Part shown: positions 34,867-45,362 of the stretch, one piece after another
How positions within the stretch are numbered: position 1 is the stretch's first letter
How the letters are laid out: every line of letters begins with the position of its first letter
Assembly (NCBI GenBank): GCA_963702475.1
Contig: CAVPCT010000009.1
Span: forward strand, 256,001-320,000
Length of the DNA: 64,000 nucleotides
Source: an uncultured Thermoleophilia bacterium
GTDB lineage: Bacteria > Actinomycetota > Thermoleophilia > UBA2241
Reading direction: 5' to 3'
The notes under the pieces: model-generated
Told to the model about the DNA's origin: nothing
Seen by the model: the letters and a program-made list of their open reading frames with translations, nothing else
Database searches by the model: none
Program-made: the position numbers and the translations under genes

Positions 34867-36191
34867 GCCCGACCGCCGGGGGCACCACGGGCGCGAGCTA
34901 TTTCATCCACACGCTGGGCTGCCCGAAGAACGAGGCCGACTCCGACGCCCTCGAGCGTGGCCTGAGGGCGGCCGGCCACCGTCCCACAGCGGCCGCCCGG
35001 GCCGACGTTGTCGTGGTCAACACCTGCGGTTTCATCGACGCCGCCAAGGAGGAGTCCATCGATGCGCTCCTCGATGCTGCCGAGGTCGCCCACGCGCACG
35101 GCGGTCGTGTCGCTGCCGTCGGGTGCCTGGTGCAGCGCTACGGGGACGAGCTCTCCGCCGAGCTTCCCGAGATCGACCTCTGGTGCGGTCTCGACATGGG
35201 GCCTCTGCTGGCAGCTCTGGCTGAGCCCGGGGGCGCTTCCGTGAAGCGTGAGGAGCGGGGCACGGCCGTGCCGACGCCTCGCCGTCAGCGTCCGGTGGCC
35301 GCCTACGTGAAGATCTCAGACGGCTGCGACCGGCTCTGCGCCTTCTGCGCCATCCCACTCATCAAGGGCGACTACGAGATCGTCGAGGCCGCGGGGGTGT
35401 TGCGCGCCGCCCGTGCGGCGCTCGCCGCCGGGGCCCGGGAGATCGTCCTCGTCGGTCAGGACACGTCCCGTTGGCGTCAGCCGGGCTGGGGCGGCGTCAA
35501 GCGCCTGCTCGCCGCGCTCGCCGCGCTCGACCCGGGGCCTGTGTGGCTGCGCCTTCTCTACTTGCAGCCGGACGGTATCGATGCCGAGCTGCTCGAGGCG
35601 ATGGCTGAGCACGCCGTACCCTACGTGGACGTCCCGCTGCAGCACGCCTCGCGGGACGTGCTCCGTCGCATGGGACGCAGTGGTGACGGCGCTACCTACC
35701 TGCGTCTGCTCGAACGCGTGCGCGCAGCTCTGCCCGGCGTCGCCGTCCGGTCCACGTTCATCGCCGGCTTCCCCGGCGAGACCGATGCCGACCACGAGGA
35801 GCTCCTGGCTTTCGTGCGGGCCGCCGGCCTGGCGGCGGCCGGGGTGTTCCCCTACGACGCGCAGGAGGGCACGGCCGCGGCATCGATGCCCGGCCGGGTC
35901 CCGACGGCGCTCTCCTTCGAGCGCGCCGCCGAGATCGGCGAGGTCATCGACGACGGGGCGGCCGGCTTCTGGACCGGCCTCGTGGGACGCCGCGTCGACG
36001 TCCTCATCGAGCGGGGCACCTCGCAGCCCGGCGGCGTCGCCGTGGGCCGCAACGCCCTCCAGGCGCCGGACATCGACGGTCGCACGCTGGTGCGCGGGTC
36101 CCGCTGTCGCCGCGGGGACGTCGTGCACGCCGTCGCCGTCGAAGCCGTCGGGTATGATGTCGAGGCGGTCACACAGCCGCCTCGACCATGA
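34863..36191 (+). CDS. rimO: Ribosomal protein S12 methylthiotransferase (probable CTG start)
   Basis: TLGCPKNEADS upstream of the first GTG; NTCGFI, CDRLCAFC radical-SAM motif, APDIDG. Confidence 0.88.
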   Translation: MSPTAGGTTGASYFIHTLGCPKNEADSDALERGLRAAGHRPTAAARADVVVVNTCGFIDAAKEESIDALLDAAEVAHAHGGRVAAVGCLVQRYGDELSAELPEIDLWCGLDMGPLLAALAEPGGASVKREERGTAVPTPRRQRPVAAYVKISDGCDRLCAFCAIPLIKGDYEIVEAAGVLRAARAALAAGAREIVLVGQDTSRWRQPGWGGVKRLLAALAALDPGPVWLRLLYLQPDGIDAELLEAMAEHAVPYVDVPLQHASRDVLRRMGRSGDGATYLRLLERVRAALPGVAVRSTFIAGFPGETDADHEELLAFVRAAGLAAAGVFPYDAQEGTAAASMPGRVPTALSFERAAEIGEVIDDGAAGFWTGLVGRRVDVLIERGTSQPGGVAVGRNALQAPDIDGRTLVRGSRCRRGDVVHAVAVEAVGYDVEAVTQPPRP

Positions 36192-36859
36192 GCAGCCAAC
36201 TCAACCTCGCCAACAGCATCACCATCGCCCGGATCCTGCTGATCCCGGTGTTCCTGGTGTTGTTGCTGGGCGGCCTGCCCGAGCCGTACGGCGACATCGC
36301 GGCGGCGGCGGTGTTCATCCTCGCCGCCGCAACCGACAAGCTCGACGGTTATGTGGCCCGACGCAGCCAGCAGATCACCACCCTGGGGCAGTTCCTCGAC
36401 CCGCTGGCCGACAAGCTCCTCATCGCCGCCGCTCTCATCGCGCTCGTCAGCCAGGACCGGGTCTCCGCATGGGTCGCCACGCTCATCATCGTCCGTGAGG
36501 TCGCGGTGAGCGTGCTCCGCATCATCGGTGTCTCACAGGGTGTCTCCATCCCCGCCGACAAGTACGGCAAGCTCAAGACGGTGTTGCAGATCGTCTACAT
36601 CGTCTACGTCCTCATCCCGACGCAGAGCATCGCCGACGTCATCAACGTGTCCACCGGCGTCGCGACTGTCGTCCAGTGGGTCCTCGCGGGGGTGGTCGTG
36701 GTCGTCACTCTGGCGTCGGGGGTGAACTACTTCCTCAACGCACGCGGTCTCATCCACATGCCCGGGGGCGAGCCGAAGCCGGACGACCGCGCCGCTGGCC
36801 CCGGGCCGGCGGCCGGGTCGTCGTCCGTCCCGGGGGACCAGCAGGACGATGAGTGGTGA
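36188..36859 (+). CDS. pgsA: CDP-diacylglycerol--glycerol-3-phosphate 3-phosphatidyltransferase
   Basis: TDKLDGYVARR...GQFLDPLADKLL. Confidence 0.93.
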   Translation: MSSQLNLANSITIARILLIPVFLVLLLGGLPEPYGDIAAAAVFILAAATDKLDGYVARRSQQITTLGQFLDPLADKLLIAAALIALVSQDRVSAWVATLIIVREVAVSVLRIIGVSQGVSIPADKYGKLKTVLQIVYIVYVLIPTQSIADVINVSTGVATVVQWVLAGVVVVVTLASGVNYFLNARGLIHMPGGEPKPDDRAAGPGPAAGSSSVPGDQQDDEW

Positions 36860-38099
36860 CCTGCCGCGGGCGGCCGTCGTCCTCAGCGGCAACGAGCTGC
36901 TGGACGGCCGCACGCGCGACACCAATGGTGCCTTCGTCGGCTCCGACCTCAGCGCGCGCGGCGTCAAGGTCACCAGCGTGCTCACCGTCGCCGACGACGC
37001 CGAACGCCTGACGGCGGCCTTCAAGTACAGCTTGGCCGCGCGTCCCGACCTCCTGGTGATCGGTGGCGGCCTCGGGACGACACACGACGACCTCACCGTC
37101 GCGTGTCTCGCGGACACCCTGGGCGTCGGGCTGCGCGAAGACCCACAGGCTCTCGCCTGGGTCGAGGAGAAGGTGCGCCTCGTCGCCAAGCGGCGCCGCA
37201 TACGCTTCGAAGACGTCTTTCCGGTGGCGCGCCGGCAGGCGCTGCTGCCCGAGGGCGCGACACCGGTACCTCCGGCCGGCGTCGCGCCCGGCATCGCTGC
37301 GCGCAGCGGGCCGACGCGCATCTTCGCGTTCCCCGGGGTGCCCTGGGAGTTCGAGGCCATGTGGCGCGGGGTGGCCGCGGGGCTTCAGAGCGAGGGCGTG
37401 TTCCCCGACGTCGCGGTGCGCGTCGTGCGCGTCTTCGGCGTCGGGGAGTTGCAGGTGGGGCCGGTACTCGACGCCACGCCGCACGACCTCCTCGAGACCG
37501 GCATCAACGTCGGCGGGGGAGAGGTCACCGTGCGCCTGAGGTACCGGAGCTCCGACGCCGCTGCGGTCCAGTCCGACGCCGTGGTCGCCGCCCTTCGGGC
37601 GGCGGTCCCCGTGTTCAGCGCCGACGGCCGTACGGTCGACGACTTCGTCGCCGACGGACTGCGCAGCTCCGGTGCCACCGTAGCGGTCGCAGAATCCTGC
37701 ACCGGCGGACTGCTCGGCGCGCGCCTCTCGCAGCGGTCGGGTGCGTCAGACTACTTTCTTGGAGGGATCATCAGCTACGCGAACCAGGTCAAGATGGACC
37801 TGCTCGACGTGCCGCCAGGCATGCTCGCCCAGTACGGCGCCGTGTCTGAGGAGGTCGCCGGCGCCATGGCCGAGGGAGTGCGCGCGGCGACCGGCGCCGA
37901 CTACGCCCTGGCCGTCACCGGCGTGGCCGGGCCCGAAGGGGGCACACCCCAGAAGCCGGTCGGCCTCGTCCACGTCGGGTGCACGGGCCCGGCGGGGACG
38001 CGCGTGCAGCGCGGTCACTACCCCGGCGACCGCGCCTCGGTGCGCGAGTTCAGCTGCACGGCGGCCCTGCACCTGTTGCGCGTGGCGCTTTCTCCATGA
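36849..38099 (+). CDS. cinA: Competence/damage-inducible protein CinA (MocF + NMN deamidase)
   Basis: GNELLDG..DTN, GGLGTTHDDLT, AESCTGG, GAVS. Confidence 0.92.
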   Translation: MSGDLPRAAVVLSGNELLDGRTRDTNGAFVGSDLSARGVKVTSVLTVADDAERLTAAFKYSLAARPDLLVIGGGLGTTHDDLTVACLADTLGVGLREDPQALAWVEEKVRLVAKRRRIRFEDVFPVARRQALLPEGATPVPPAGVAPGIAARSGPTRIFAFPGVPWEFEAMWRGVAAGLQSEGVFPDVAVRVVRVFGVGELQVGPVLDATPHDLLETGINVGGGEVTVRLRYRSSDAAAVQSDAVVAALRAAVPVFSADGRTVDDFVADGLRSSGATVAVAESCTGGLLGARLSQRSGASDYFLGGIISYANQVKMDLLDVPPGMLAQYGAVSEEVAGAMAEGVRAATGADYALAVTGVAGPEGGTPQKPVGLVHVGCTGPAGTRVQRGHYPGDRASVREFSCTAALHLLRVALSP

Positions 38100-38650
38100 C
38101 CGGGGGCGAACCGCCGGACGTCCTGCGCCTGTTCGTGGCACAGGAGCTCCCGACGGACACGCTGCGTGCCGTCGAGGACTGGCAGCGTGACGCCCTCGCC
38201 CCGCACGACGAGCTCCGCCTGAACCACGCCCTGCACCTCACGCTCGCGTTTCTGGGCGACGTCGACCGCGCGCGGGTGGAGGTCCTCGTCGCGGCCCTCG
38301 GCTCCGTGCGCTACGCGCCCTGCCGTCTGGAAGCCGCGGAGGCGCTGTTCCTGCCGCAGCGGGGGCCCAAACGAGTGGTCGCGCTCTGCTTGCGTGACGG
38401 CGACGGCACCCTCGCGCGCCTGCAGTCGGACGTCTCCGCGGCGCTCGCCGGCACCGGCCTCTACGAGGCTTCGAAGCGCCCTTGGCTGCCCCACGTGACG
38501 GTGGCCCGATTCCGCCGTCCGGGTCACCCATTTTCCCTGCAAAATGTGAACATCCCGGGGTTTTGTTCCGTCCGGACCGTCTTGTATAGTAGCCTCCTGG
38601 AGCGCACCGGAGCGGTGCACACTCCTCTGGCAGATTTCCCCGCGTCCTGA
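38096..38650 (+). CDS. thpR: RNA 2',3'-cyclic phosphodiesterase
   Basis: [13 protein letters not shown] and PHVTVAR 2H motifs. Confidence 0.88.
   Translation: MTGGEPPDVLRLFVAQELPTDTLRAVEDWQRDALAPHDELRLNHALHLTLAFLGDVDRARVEVLVAALGSVRYAPCRLEAAEALFLPQRGPKRVVALCLRDGDGTLARLQSDVSAALAGTGLYEASKRPWLPHVTVARFRRPGHPFSLQNVNIPGFCSVRTVLYSSLLERTGAVHTPLADFPAS
38563..38590 (+). promoter_or_regulatory. Candidate recA promoter inside thpR
   Basis: AT-rich patch with TTGTTC-16-TATAGT. Confidence 0.45.
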
Positions 38651-38669
38651 GCAGGAGAGGAGCGCTACC

Positions 38670-39764
<1,095 letters not shown>

Positions 39765-39772
39765 CCGCCGCC

Positions 39773-40468
39773 GTGCCCGTCGTCACCGCGCTCCGCGCCT
39801 CGCGCCGCGGCCGCATCGCGGTGCACGTAGACGACGAGTTCGTGTGCGCGGTGAGCGAGGCCATCGTGGCACGCTGGCGCTTGCACAAAGGGCGCGAGCT
39901 CAGCCCTGAGGATCTCGGCCTGCTCGTCGCTGAGGCGACGGCCGATCTCGCCCTGGCCGACGCGTTCCGCCTGCTCGGCCATCGGGCGCGCAGCACGGCC
40001 GAGGTGCGTCGGCGTCTGCTCGCCAGGGAGCACGCGCCGGAGGCCGTCGAGGCAGCGCTACAGACGCTCATCGACGACGGCCTTCTCGACGATGCGGCGT
40101 TCGCCGCGAGCTACGTCGCGGACAAGCGGCGGCTGGCGGGGTGGGGCACGCAGCGCATCCGCCGCGGGCTCTCCGAGGCGGGTGTCGCACGGCCGGACGT
40201 CGAGGCCGCGCTCGACGGAGCCTCGGCCGGTGACCCCGACGACGCAGAGCTGCAGCGCGCCCTCGATGCCCTGCGCCGACGCGCGCCCCGGGGCGGGCGC
40301 CCCGACGATGCCGCTCGCCGCCGCGTCTACCAGCTGCTGCTCAGGCGAGGCTTCGACTCCGGCGTCGCCTACGCCGCTGTGCAGAAGTGGAGCGGGGAGG
40401 AGGTGCGGCGGACCCAGGGCACCGGCGATGAGGTCGAGCCGCCCTCACCTGACAGCGCGGACGCCTGA
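39773..40468 (+). CDS. recX: Regulatory protein RecX
   Basis: RARSTAEVRRRL, GLLDDAAFA, LLRRGF; follows recA. Confidence 0.88.
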   Translation: MPVVTALRASRRGRIAVHVDDEFVCAVSEAIVARWRLHKGRELSPEDLGLLVAEATADLALADAFRLLGHRARSTAEVRRRLLAREHAPEAVEAALQTLIDDGLLDDAAFAASYVADKRRLAGWGTQRIRRGLSEAGVARPDVEAALDGASAGDPDDAELQRALDALRRRAPRGGRPDDAARRRVYQLLLRRGFDSGVAYAAVQKWSGEEVRRTQGTGDEVEPPSPDSADA

Positions 40469-40498
40469 CCGTCTTGGCCCACGTGGGCCGCAGCCGCT

Positions 40499-42073
40499 TC
40501 AGCGATCGAGCGGGGCCTCGGTGAACCACACTTCGAGCTCTGTGCCGCGGCGCGCTCGCCGGTACAGCCCCGAGATCAGGTACACGCCGAACGAAGCCGC
40601 GTACAGCAGGAGAGTGGCGACGATGGGCACCACGAGGCCCAGGCCGAGGCTCAAGCCGTAGTCGACCGCGTACCGAGCCACGACCCACACGGTGAACACC
40701 AGGAACGCGGCCCCTGCAAGGGTGATCGCAGGCACTCCGAAGAGCTCATAGCGGGATGCCGCCGTCTCGCGGTACAGCTCGCGGCGCACGAACGGAAAGG
40801 CCGCGCCCGTAGCGCAGGTCACGGCGAACGCCAGGATGTTGACCAGCGCCACCGTGTTGAGCGTCAGGCGCCAGTAGGGTGTGAACGCGTACACGACGCA
40901 GGGCACGACGCACATCACGCTGAACAGCGTGATCGCCTTCACCGGAGCCTTGGTGGTCGCGTTCAGGTGGCCCACCCAGCGGGGCAGGATGCGGTCCGAC
41001 GACATCGCCATGAGCACGCGCGAGGCCGCGAGCGTGGGGTTGGGGGCGTTCATCCAGAAGAGAGCGTTGAGGAGCAGCGCGACCGCGACGGCGAACACGC
41101 TCGCCGCGGGCGAGACGTCGGCCCACCACAGGAACGGCACCGTGGGGAGCGGCATGGCCTCCGGGTGCTCCAGAAAGAGAAACGCTGCCGCTCCGAGCGC
41201 CTCCGGGCCCAGCTTGGCGGCCACGAGCCCGCCCAACAGCGCCGAGAGCGCACCCGAGACCAGCATGGCGCCCAGGATGATGAACACCTGGGCGCGCAGG
41301 CGGTCGGCGTCGCGCGTCTCGCCGGCCTGCTGGGTGCTCCAGCCGGCATAGACGAGCATGTAGCTCGCCAGGGGGACGATCGCGACGGTCTGCGCCAGGT
41401 ACGACTGCGTGTCCGGCGCGTAGCCCAGGCTCGCCGCGCGTGCCATGGCCTCTCGGTAGACCGGCAGACTGCCCAGGTCGTGCGCGCGCAGGAGGGCGAC
41501 CACCACGACACCAAGACCCACGGCCCCCGCCAGTGAGAACCATCGCTGCCACGTCGCGTACGTGGGCATGCCCAGGATGATGGGAACGGCCGCCCACACG
41601 ATGACGACCATGGACAGCGCCAGCACACCCCAGGCGCTGCGCGTCCATACGGCGGCGTCCAGCAGTGATTGGGAGTCGAAGGCGACACTCAGCGAGAAGA
41701 GCAGAGGGCCGACGGCGAACGTGGCCGCACACCACCCCGACACCGCGATCCACAGGGTGCCCCCCAGCACGATGGCGGAAAAACAAAAGACCGAGCCTGT
41801 GCCGGTGGAGAGGATGCGAGCCTGGAAGTAGTACTCGCCGCCGCTCCGGGGCATGCAGGCCGCGAGGAACGCGTAGACCAGCGCCTCCGCGACGCAGAAC
41901 ACCACGGCGATGCCGGTGGCGACCACCCAGTCGCCGTGGGGATAGACCATGTACGCGGTGAGGAACGCGAGCGCGAAGCCCATCAGCACGTTCATGACCT
42001 GCGCGTTGTAGAGCAGCGCGTCGAATGGCGACCAGACGCGCTCTACGCGCCGGCTCGGCAGGAGGGTGACCAC
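40499..42073 (-). CDS. APC family amino acid/amine permease (start approximate)
   Basis: About 12 hydrophobic segments; MPRSGGEYYF, SRVLMAMSSDRILP. Confidence 0.8.
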   Translation of the reverse strand: MVTLLPSRRVERVWSPFDALLYNAQVMNVLMGFALAFLTAYMVYPHGDWVVATGIAVVFCVAEALVYAFLAACMPRSGGEYYFQARILSTGTGSVFCFSAIVLGGTLWIAVSGWCAATFAVGPLLFSLSVAFDSQSLLDAAVWTRSAWGVLALSMVVIVWAAVPIILGMPTYATWQRWFSLAGAVGLGVVVVALLRAHDLGSLPVYREAMARAASLGYAPDTQSYLAQTVAIVPLASYMLVYAGWSTQQAGETRDADRLRAQVFIILGAMLVSGALSALLGGLVAAKLGPEALGAAAFLFLEHPEAMPLPTVPFLWWADVSPAASVFAVAVALLLNALFWMNAPNPTLAASRVLMAMSSDRILPRWVGHLNATTKAPVKAITLFSVMCVVPCVVYAFTPYWRLTLNTVALVNILAFAVTCATGAAFPFVRRELYRETAASRYELFGVPAITLAGAAFLVFTVWVVARYAVDYGLSLGLGLVVPIVATLLLYAASFGVYLISGLYRRARRGTELEVWFTEAPLDR

Positions 42074-42114
42074 CAGATCCTGACCGGCCTCGGCGCCCGT
42101 CTGGCGCGTCGCGG

Positions 42115-42750
42115 TCAATCCAGCAGGCCCTTCCTCATGGCGACGGCGACCGCGTGGGCGCGATCCGAGACCTCCAGTGTTCGGTAGATGGCCTCGAGGT
42201 GGCTCTTGACGGTCTCGACGCTGATGAAGAGGTGGAGCGCCACCTGGCGGTTCGTCGCGCCCGCCGCCACCATGCGCAGGATCTCGAGCTCGTGCGGCGT
42301 GAGGAGGTCTTTGTCGCGGGCGCGTTGCTCGTCGCTCAGGAACGCCTTGACCACCACCTCGTCGAAGTGGCGTCCGCCCGCGGCCACATGGCGGATGGCG
42401 CGCACGAGCTCGTCCGCCGACGCGTTCTTCATCACGTAGCCGCTGGCGCCCGACTTGACGGCGCGCAGCACGATCTCGTCGTCGTCGTGGATGGTGAGCA
42501 CGATGACCTTCGGCCACTCCCGGCCGTCCTTGACCAGGTGAGGGATCACCTCCAGGCCGTGCATGCCGTGCATCTGCAGGTCGAGGAGGACGATGTCGCA
42601 CTCGACCCTGGCCGCGAGCGTCACGGCCTCCTCGCCGCTGGCGGCTTGGCCCACCACCTCGAGGTCGTCGCAGGCGCTCAAGATCCCCTCAAGCCCGCGG
42701 CGCACGACCTCGTGGTCGTCGACGATGACTATGCGTATCGGCGCGTCCAT
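42115..42750 (-). CDS. NarL/LuxR family response regulator
   Basis: IVDDHEVVRRG, LLDLQM, GASGYVMK, LTPHELEIL...TVKSH HTH. Confidence 0.93.
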   Translation of the reverse strand: MDAPIRIVIVDDHEVVRRGLEGILSACDDLEVVGQAASGEEAVTLAARVECDIVLLDLQMHGMHGLEVIPHLVKDGREWPKVIVLTIHDDDEIVLRAVKSGASGYVMKNASADELVRAIRHVAAGGRHFDEVVVKAFLSDEQRARDKDLLTPHELEILRMVAAGATNRQVALHLFISVETVKSHLEAIYRTLEVSDRAHAVAVAMRKGLLD

Positions 42751-42775
42751 GACATCCCTGCTGCGCGTACCCCGC

Positions 42776-44926
42776 TCACCTTGAGAGCGGGACGTCGAGT
42801 GTGACCACCGTTCCGCGCTCGCGCGCGGACTCGAGCGAGAGCCGCGCGCCGATGACGGTGGCTTGCTCCTCCATCATGGCACACCCGAAGTGCGCCGCAT
42901 TGCGCATGGACGTGACGTCGAACCCCACGCCGTCGTCCCGCACGCTCAGCCGCGCGGAACGGCCTGCATCGCTCTGCACTTCCTCCAGCCTGATCCAGAT
43001 GTGGCTCGCTTCAGCGTGCCGGCTGGCGTTCAGGGTCGCCTCCCGGGCGACCTTGTAGACGGCCGTCGCCGTCTCGCGGTTGAGCGCGGGTATCTCCTTG
43101 ACGGCGGTGTGGACGAGCGTGGACCCGTAGGCGTTGCCCAGGCGCTGGCCGAGCGCGGCGAGCGACGCCTCGAGCCCCAGCTCGTCCAGGACCGGCGGGC
43201 GCAGCTCCCAGACGATCCGGCGGGCGTCGTCCACGGTCTGCTGAAGCACCCCCACGGCCTCATCGAGGATCTCGGCGGAGGCATCCGGGTGTCGCCGCAG
43301 GAACGACTCGAGAAGATACCGCGCCCCCACGACGGACTGGATGATGTCGTCGTGCACCACACTGGCGAACGTCTGGCGCTCGTCCTGGCGTATCTCCACG
43401 ATGCGGTGGGCCAGCGACTGGATCGACTCGCGGCTGTGCATCAGGTCGCGGTAGAGCCGCGCGTTGTGGATGGCGATGGCCGCCTGTTCGGCGACTTCGC
43501 CGGCCCGCGCCATGTCCTGTTCCGAGTACCGCGTGCGGCGGCCGACCGAATACAGGACAAGCGATCCGATGAGCTCGCCCTGTGACAGCACGGGCACGAT
43601 GAGCGCCGAGCGCAGGTTGAGCAGGCGCCGCGCCTCGGAGTCCACACCGGCGCCGGCGATGAGGTCGTCCACGAGGATGCTGCGGCGGTCCTGCAACATC
43701 GCCGCCAGGCTCTGCCCGGTGCGGAACCGCACGCGCAGGCCTATGAGGCTGGCTGCGTCGGCATCCGACGCAGCCACCGTGACGAGGTCGCCTGTCTCGT
43801 TGTTGAGCTCGAGCAGGAGACAGCTCGAGCCGCTCACCGTGGCCACGGCGCTCATGGCGATCTCCTGGTAGGTCTCATTGAGGTCCAGACTCTGGGAGAT
43901 CGTGTGCAGGACGGCCTGGGACGAGTGCAGGATGACCTGGTCCCGCTGGCTGCGTTCCACGAGGATGTGGCTGTGGACCAGGGGGCCGATGGCCTCGCAC
44001 GCCGTAGCCAGGGTGCGGGCGCTCTCCAGCGCGAGCTCGCGCTCGTGTGACGTGCTCACCACCACCCACGCCGACACGGCGTGCCCGGCGAGAGCCGGTG
44101 CGAGCGCGGCGAAGCGAAACCCGCGACTCATGACCGCCTTGAGGCTCCGCTGTAAGGCGTCGTGAGGCTGGAGGACGGTGAGCTGCGGCTGCTGGGCCAG
44201 ACGGACCATGGCCGGGTCGGTGAGGTCGAGATCCTCGTAGGGGTAGCCCCGCTGGCGCGTGGACCCGTGGATCGCCATCAGCCGTGCCGCCCGGCTGTCA
44301 CCGCACACGAACACGGCGCCTGCGTCCATCCCCAGCGCGTCCAGAAGGTGGGGCAGGGTGGTCGAGAGGCCCTGCCTCAGGTCCCGGTCCTGGTTGAGCG
44401 CTGAGAGGATGGTCTGGCCGATGCCCGCCTGCCGCTGCAGCCGCAGCGCGGTCTCGAACACGTGGTTCGGCGTTCGTCCCGACTCGGCCTGCAGCGACAG
44501 AAGCAGGCTGCTCTTCGCGCCGCGGACGCCGGGCCGGTAGTCGAGAGCACACAACCACACACGCGCGCCGACGCGCGCGAAGAACTCGCCGGCGAGGTGG
44601 CGGCGCTCCGCGAAGGCCGCGTCCACCGACACGGCGGTGCTCGGGTCCCAGCGGCCGAGGAAGTCGTGCAGCGGCTCTCCGGCGCGCGCCTGCCACAACC
44701 GTCGGACGCGTCTGTCGGGGCACTCCGCCCTGGTGATCTCGCCGCGCTCGTCCACGTCGAGTGCGAGAAAGCAGCCTGCCCCCTGTTGGGGGGGCGCTAC
44801 GGCCGTCTCAGGCTCCGTGCCGGCGCGAGTCTCCCCCGGCGCGTCGACCGGGGGAACGTCGTTCTCTTCACTGCGTCTCAGAGACCGAAGAAGCGGCACG
44901 CCACGGCTTCCGATGCGAGCCCTCAT
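42776..44926 (-). CDS. Soluble GAF-domain sensor histidine kinase (HisKA_3 type)
   Basis: Two GAF-like regions, VHDDIIQS H-box, ELRPPVLDELGL, EATLNASRHA, DDGVGF; no obvious TM. Confidence 0.88.
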   Translation of the reverse strand: MRARIGSRGVPLLRSLRRSEENDVPPVDAPGETRAGTEPETAVAPPQQGAGCFLALDVDERGEITRAECPDRRVRRLWQARAGEPLHDFLGRWDPSTAVSVDAAFAERRHLAGEFFARVGARVWLCALDYRPGVRGAKSSLLLSLQAESGRTPNHVFETALRLQRQAGIGQTILSALNQDRDLRQGLSTTLPHLLDALGMDAGAVFVCGDSRAARLMAIHGSTRQRGYPYEDLDLTDPAMVRLAQQPQLTVLQPHDALQRSLKAVMSRGFRFAALAPALAGHAVSAWVVVSTSHERELALESARTLATACEAIGPLVHSHILVERSQRDQVILHSSQAVLHTISQSLDLNETYQEIAMSAVATVSGSSCLLLELNNETGDLVTVAASDADAASLIGLRVRFRTGQSLAAMLQDRRSILVDDLIAGAGVDSEARRLLNLRSALIVPVLSQGELIGSLVLYSVGRRTRYSEQDMARAGEVAEQAAIAIHNARLYRDLMHSRESIQSLAHRIVEIRQDERQTFASVVHDDIIQSVVGARYLLESFLRRHPDASAEILDEAVGVLQQTVDDARRIVWELRPPVLDELGLEASLAALGQRLGNAYGSTLVHTAVKEIPALNRETATAVYKVAREATLNASRHAEASHIWIRLEEVQSDAGRSARLSVRDDGVGFDVTSMRNAAHFGCAMMEEQATVIGARLSLESARERGTVVTLDVPLSR

Positions 44927-45059
44927 CGTTCTGGAGCGACGCCGCGGCGCTCACGCCACAGCATGGCGCGGCTCCGGCCCGGAGGGCTGTTGCTGGGGCG
45001 CAGTCCATTGTCAGTCATGGCCACGACGGATGCAACGGTTGGCCCAGATGGCGCAGCCC

Positions 45060-45106
45060 TACCCCCAGGCGGGTATTGCCAGCGACCCGCGCAGGTATTG
45101 TAAGCT
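45060..45106 (+). promoter_or_regulatory. NarL-type 7-2-7 site abutting the candidate mtmB promoter
   Basis: TACCCCC-AG-GCGGGTA 45060-45075, then TTGCCA 45076-45081, 19 nt, TAAGCT. Confidence 0.55.
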
Positions 45107-45362
45107 GGCCCGCGCGGGTGGTGACGGCCGTTTCGTGGCTGCAGTAGTCTCGGACCCCAAGCCGGGATGCAGCCGGCGGTCACCGTCCACGGTCTGTCCG
45201 TCCGATGGGCGCTTGACGGTGAATCGCATCTCGCCGGTGCAGGGCTGGGAAAGCGTTCCGCCATGAACTCGCCTCAAGCGGTCACAGAGGGGGTGATGCT
45301 CTCCACTCGAGTCCTTGGGTTCTTACCTACGTCGTCAGCAAGAGTCCGGAAGGAGGAGCCAC

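Noticed and set aside
38548-38568. LexA (SOS) box upstream of recA
   Set aside because: GAAC and GTTC are 13 nt apart, not the 4 nt of the Gram-positive consensus
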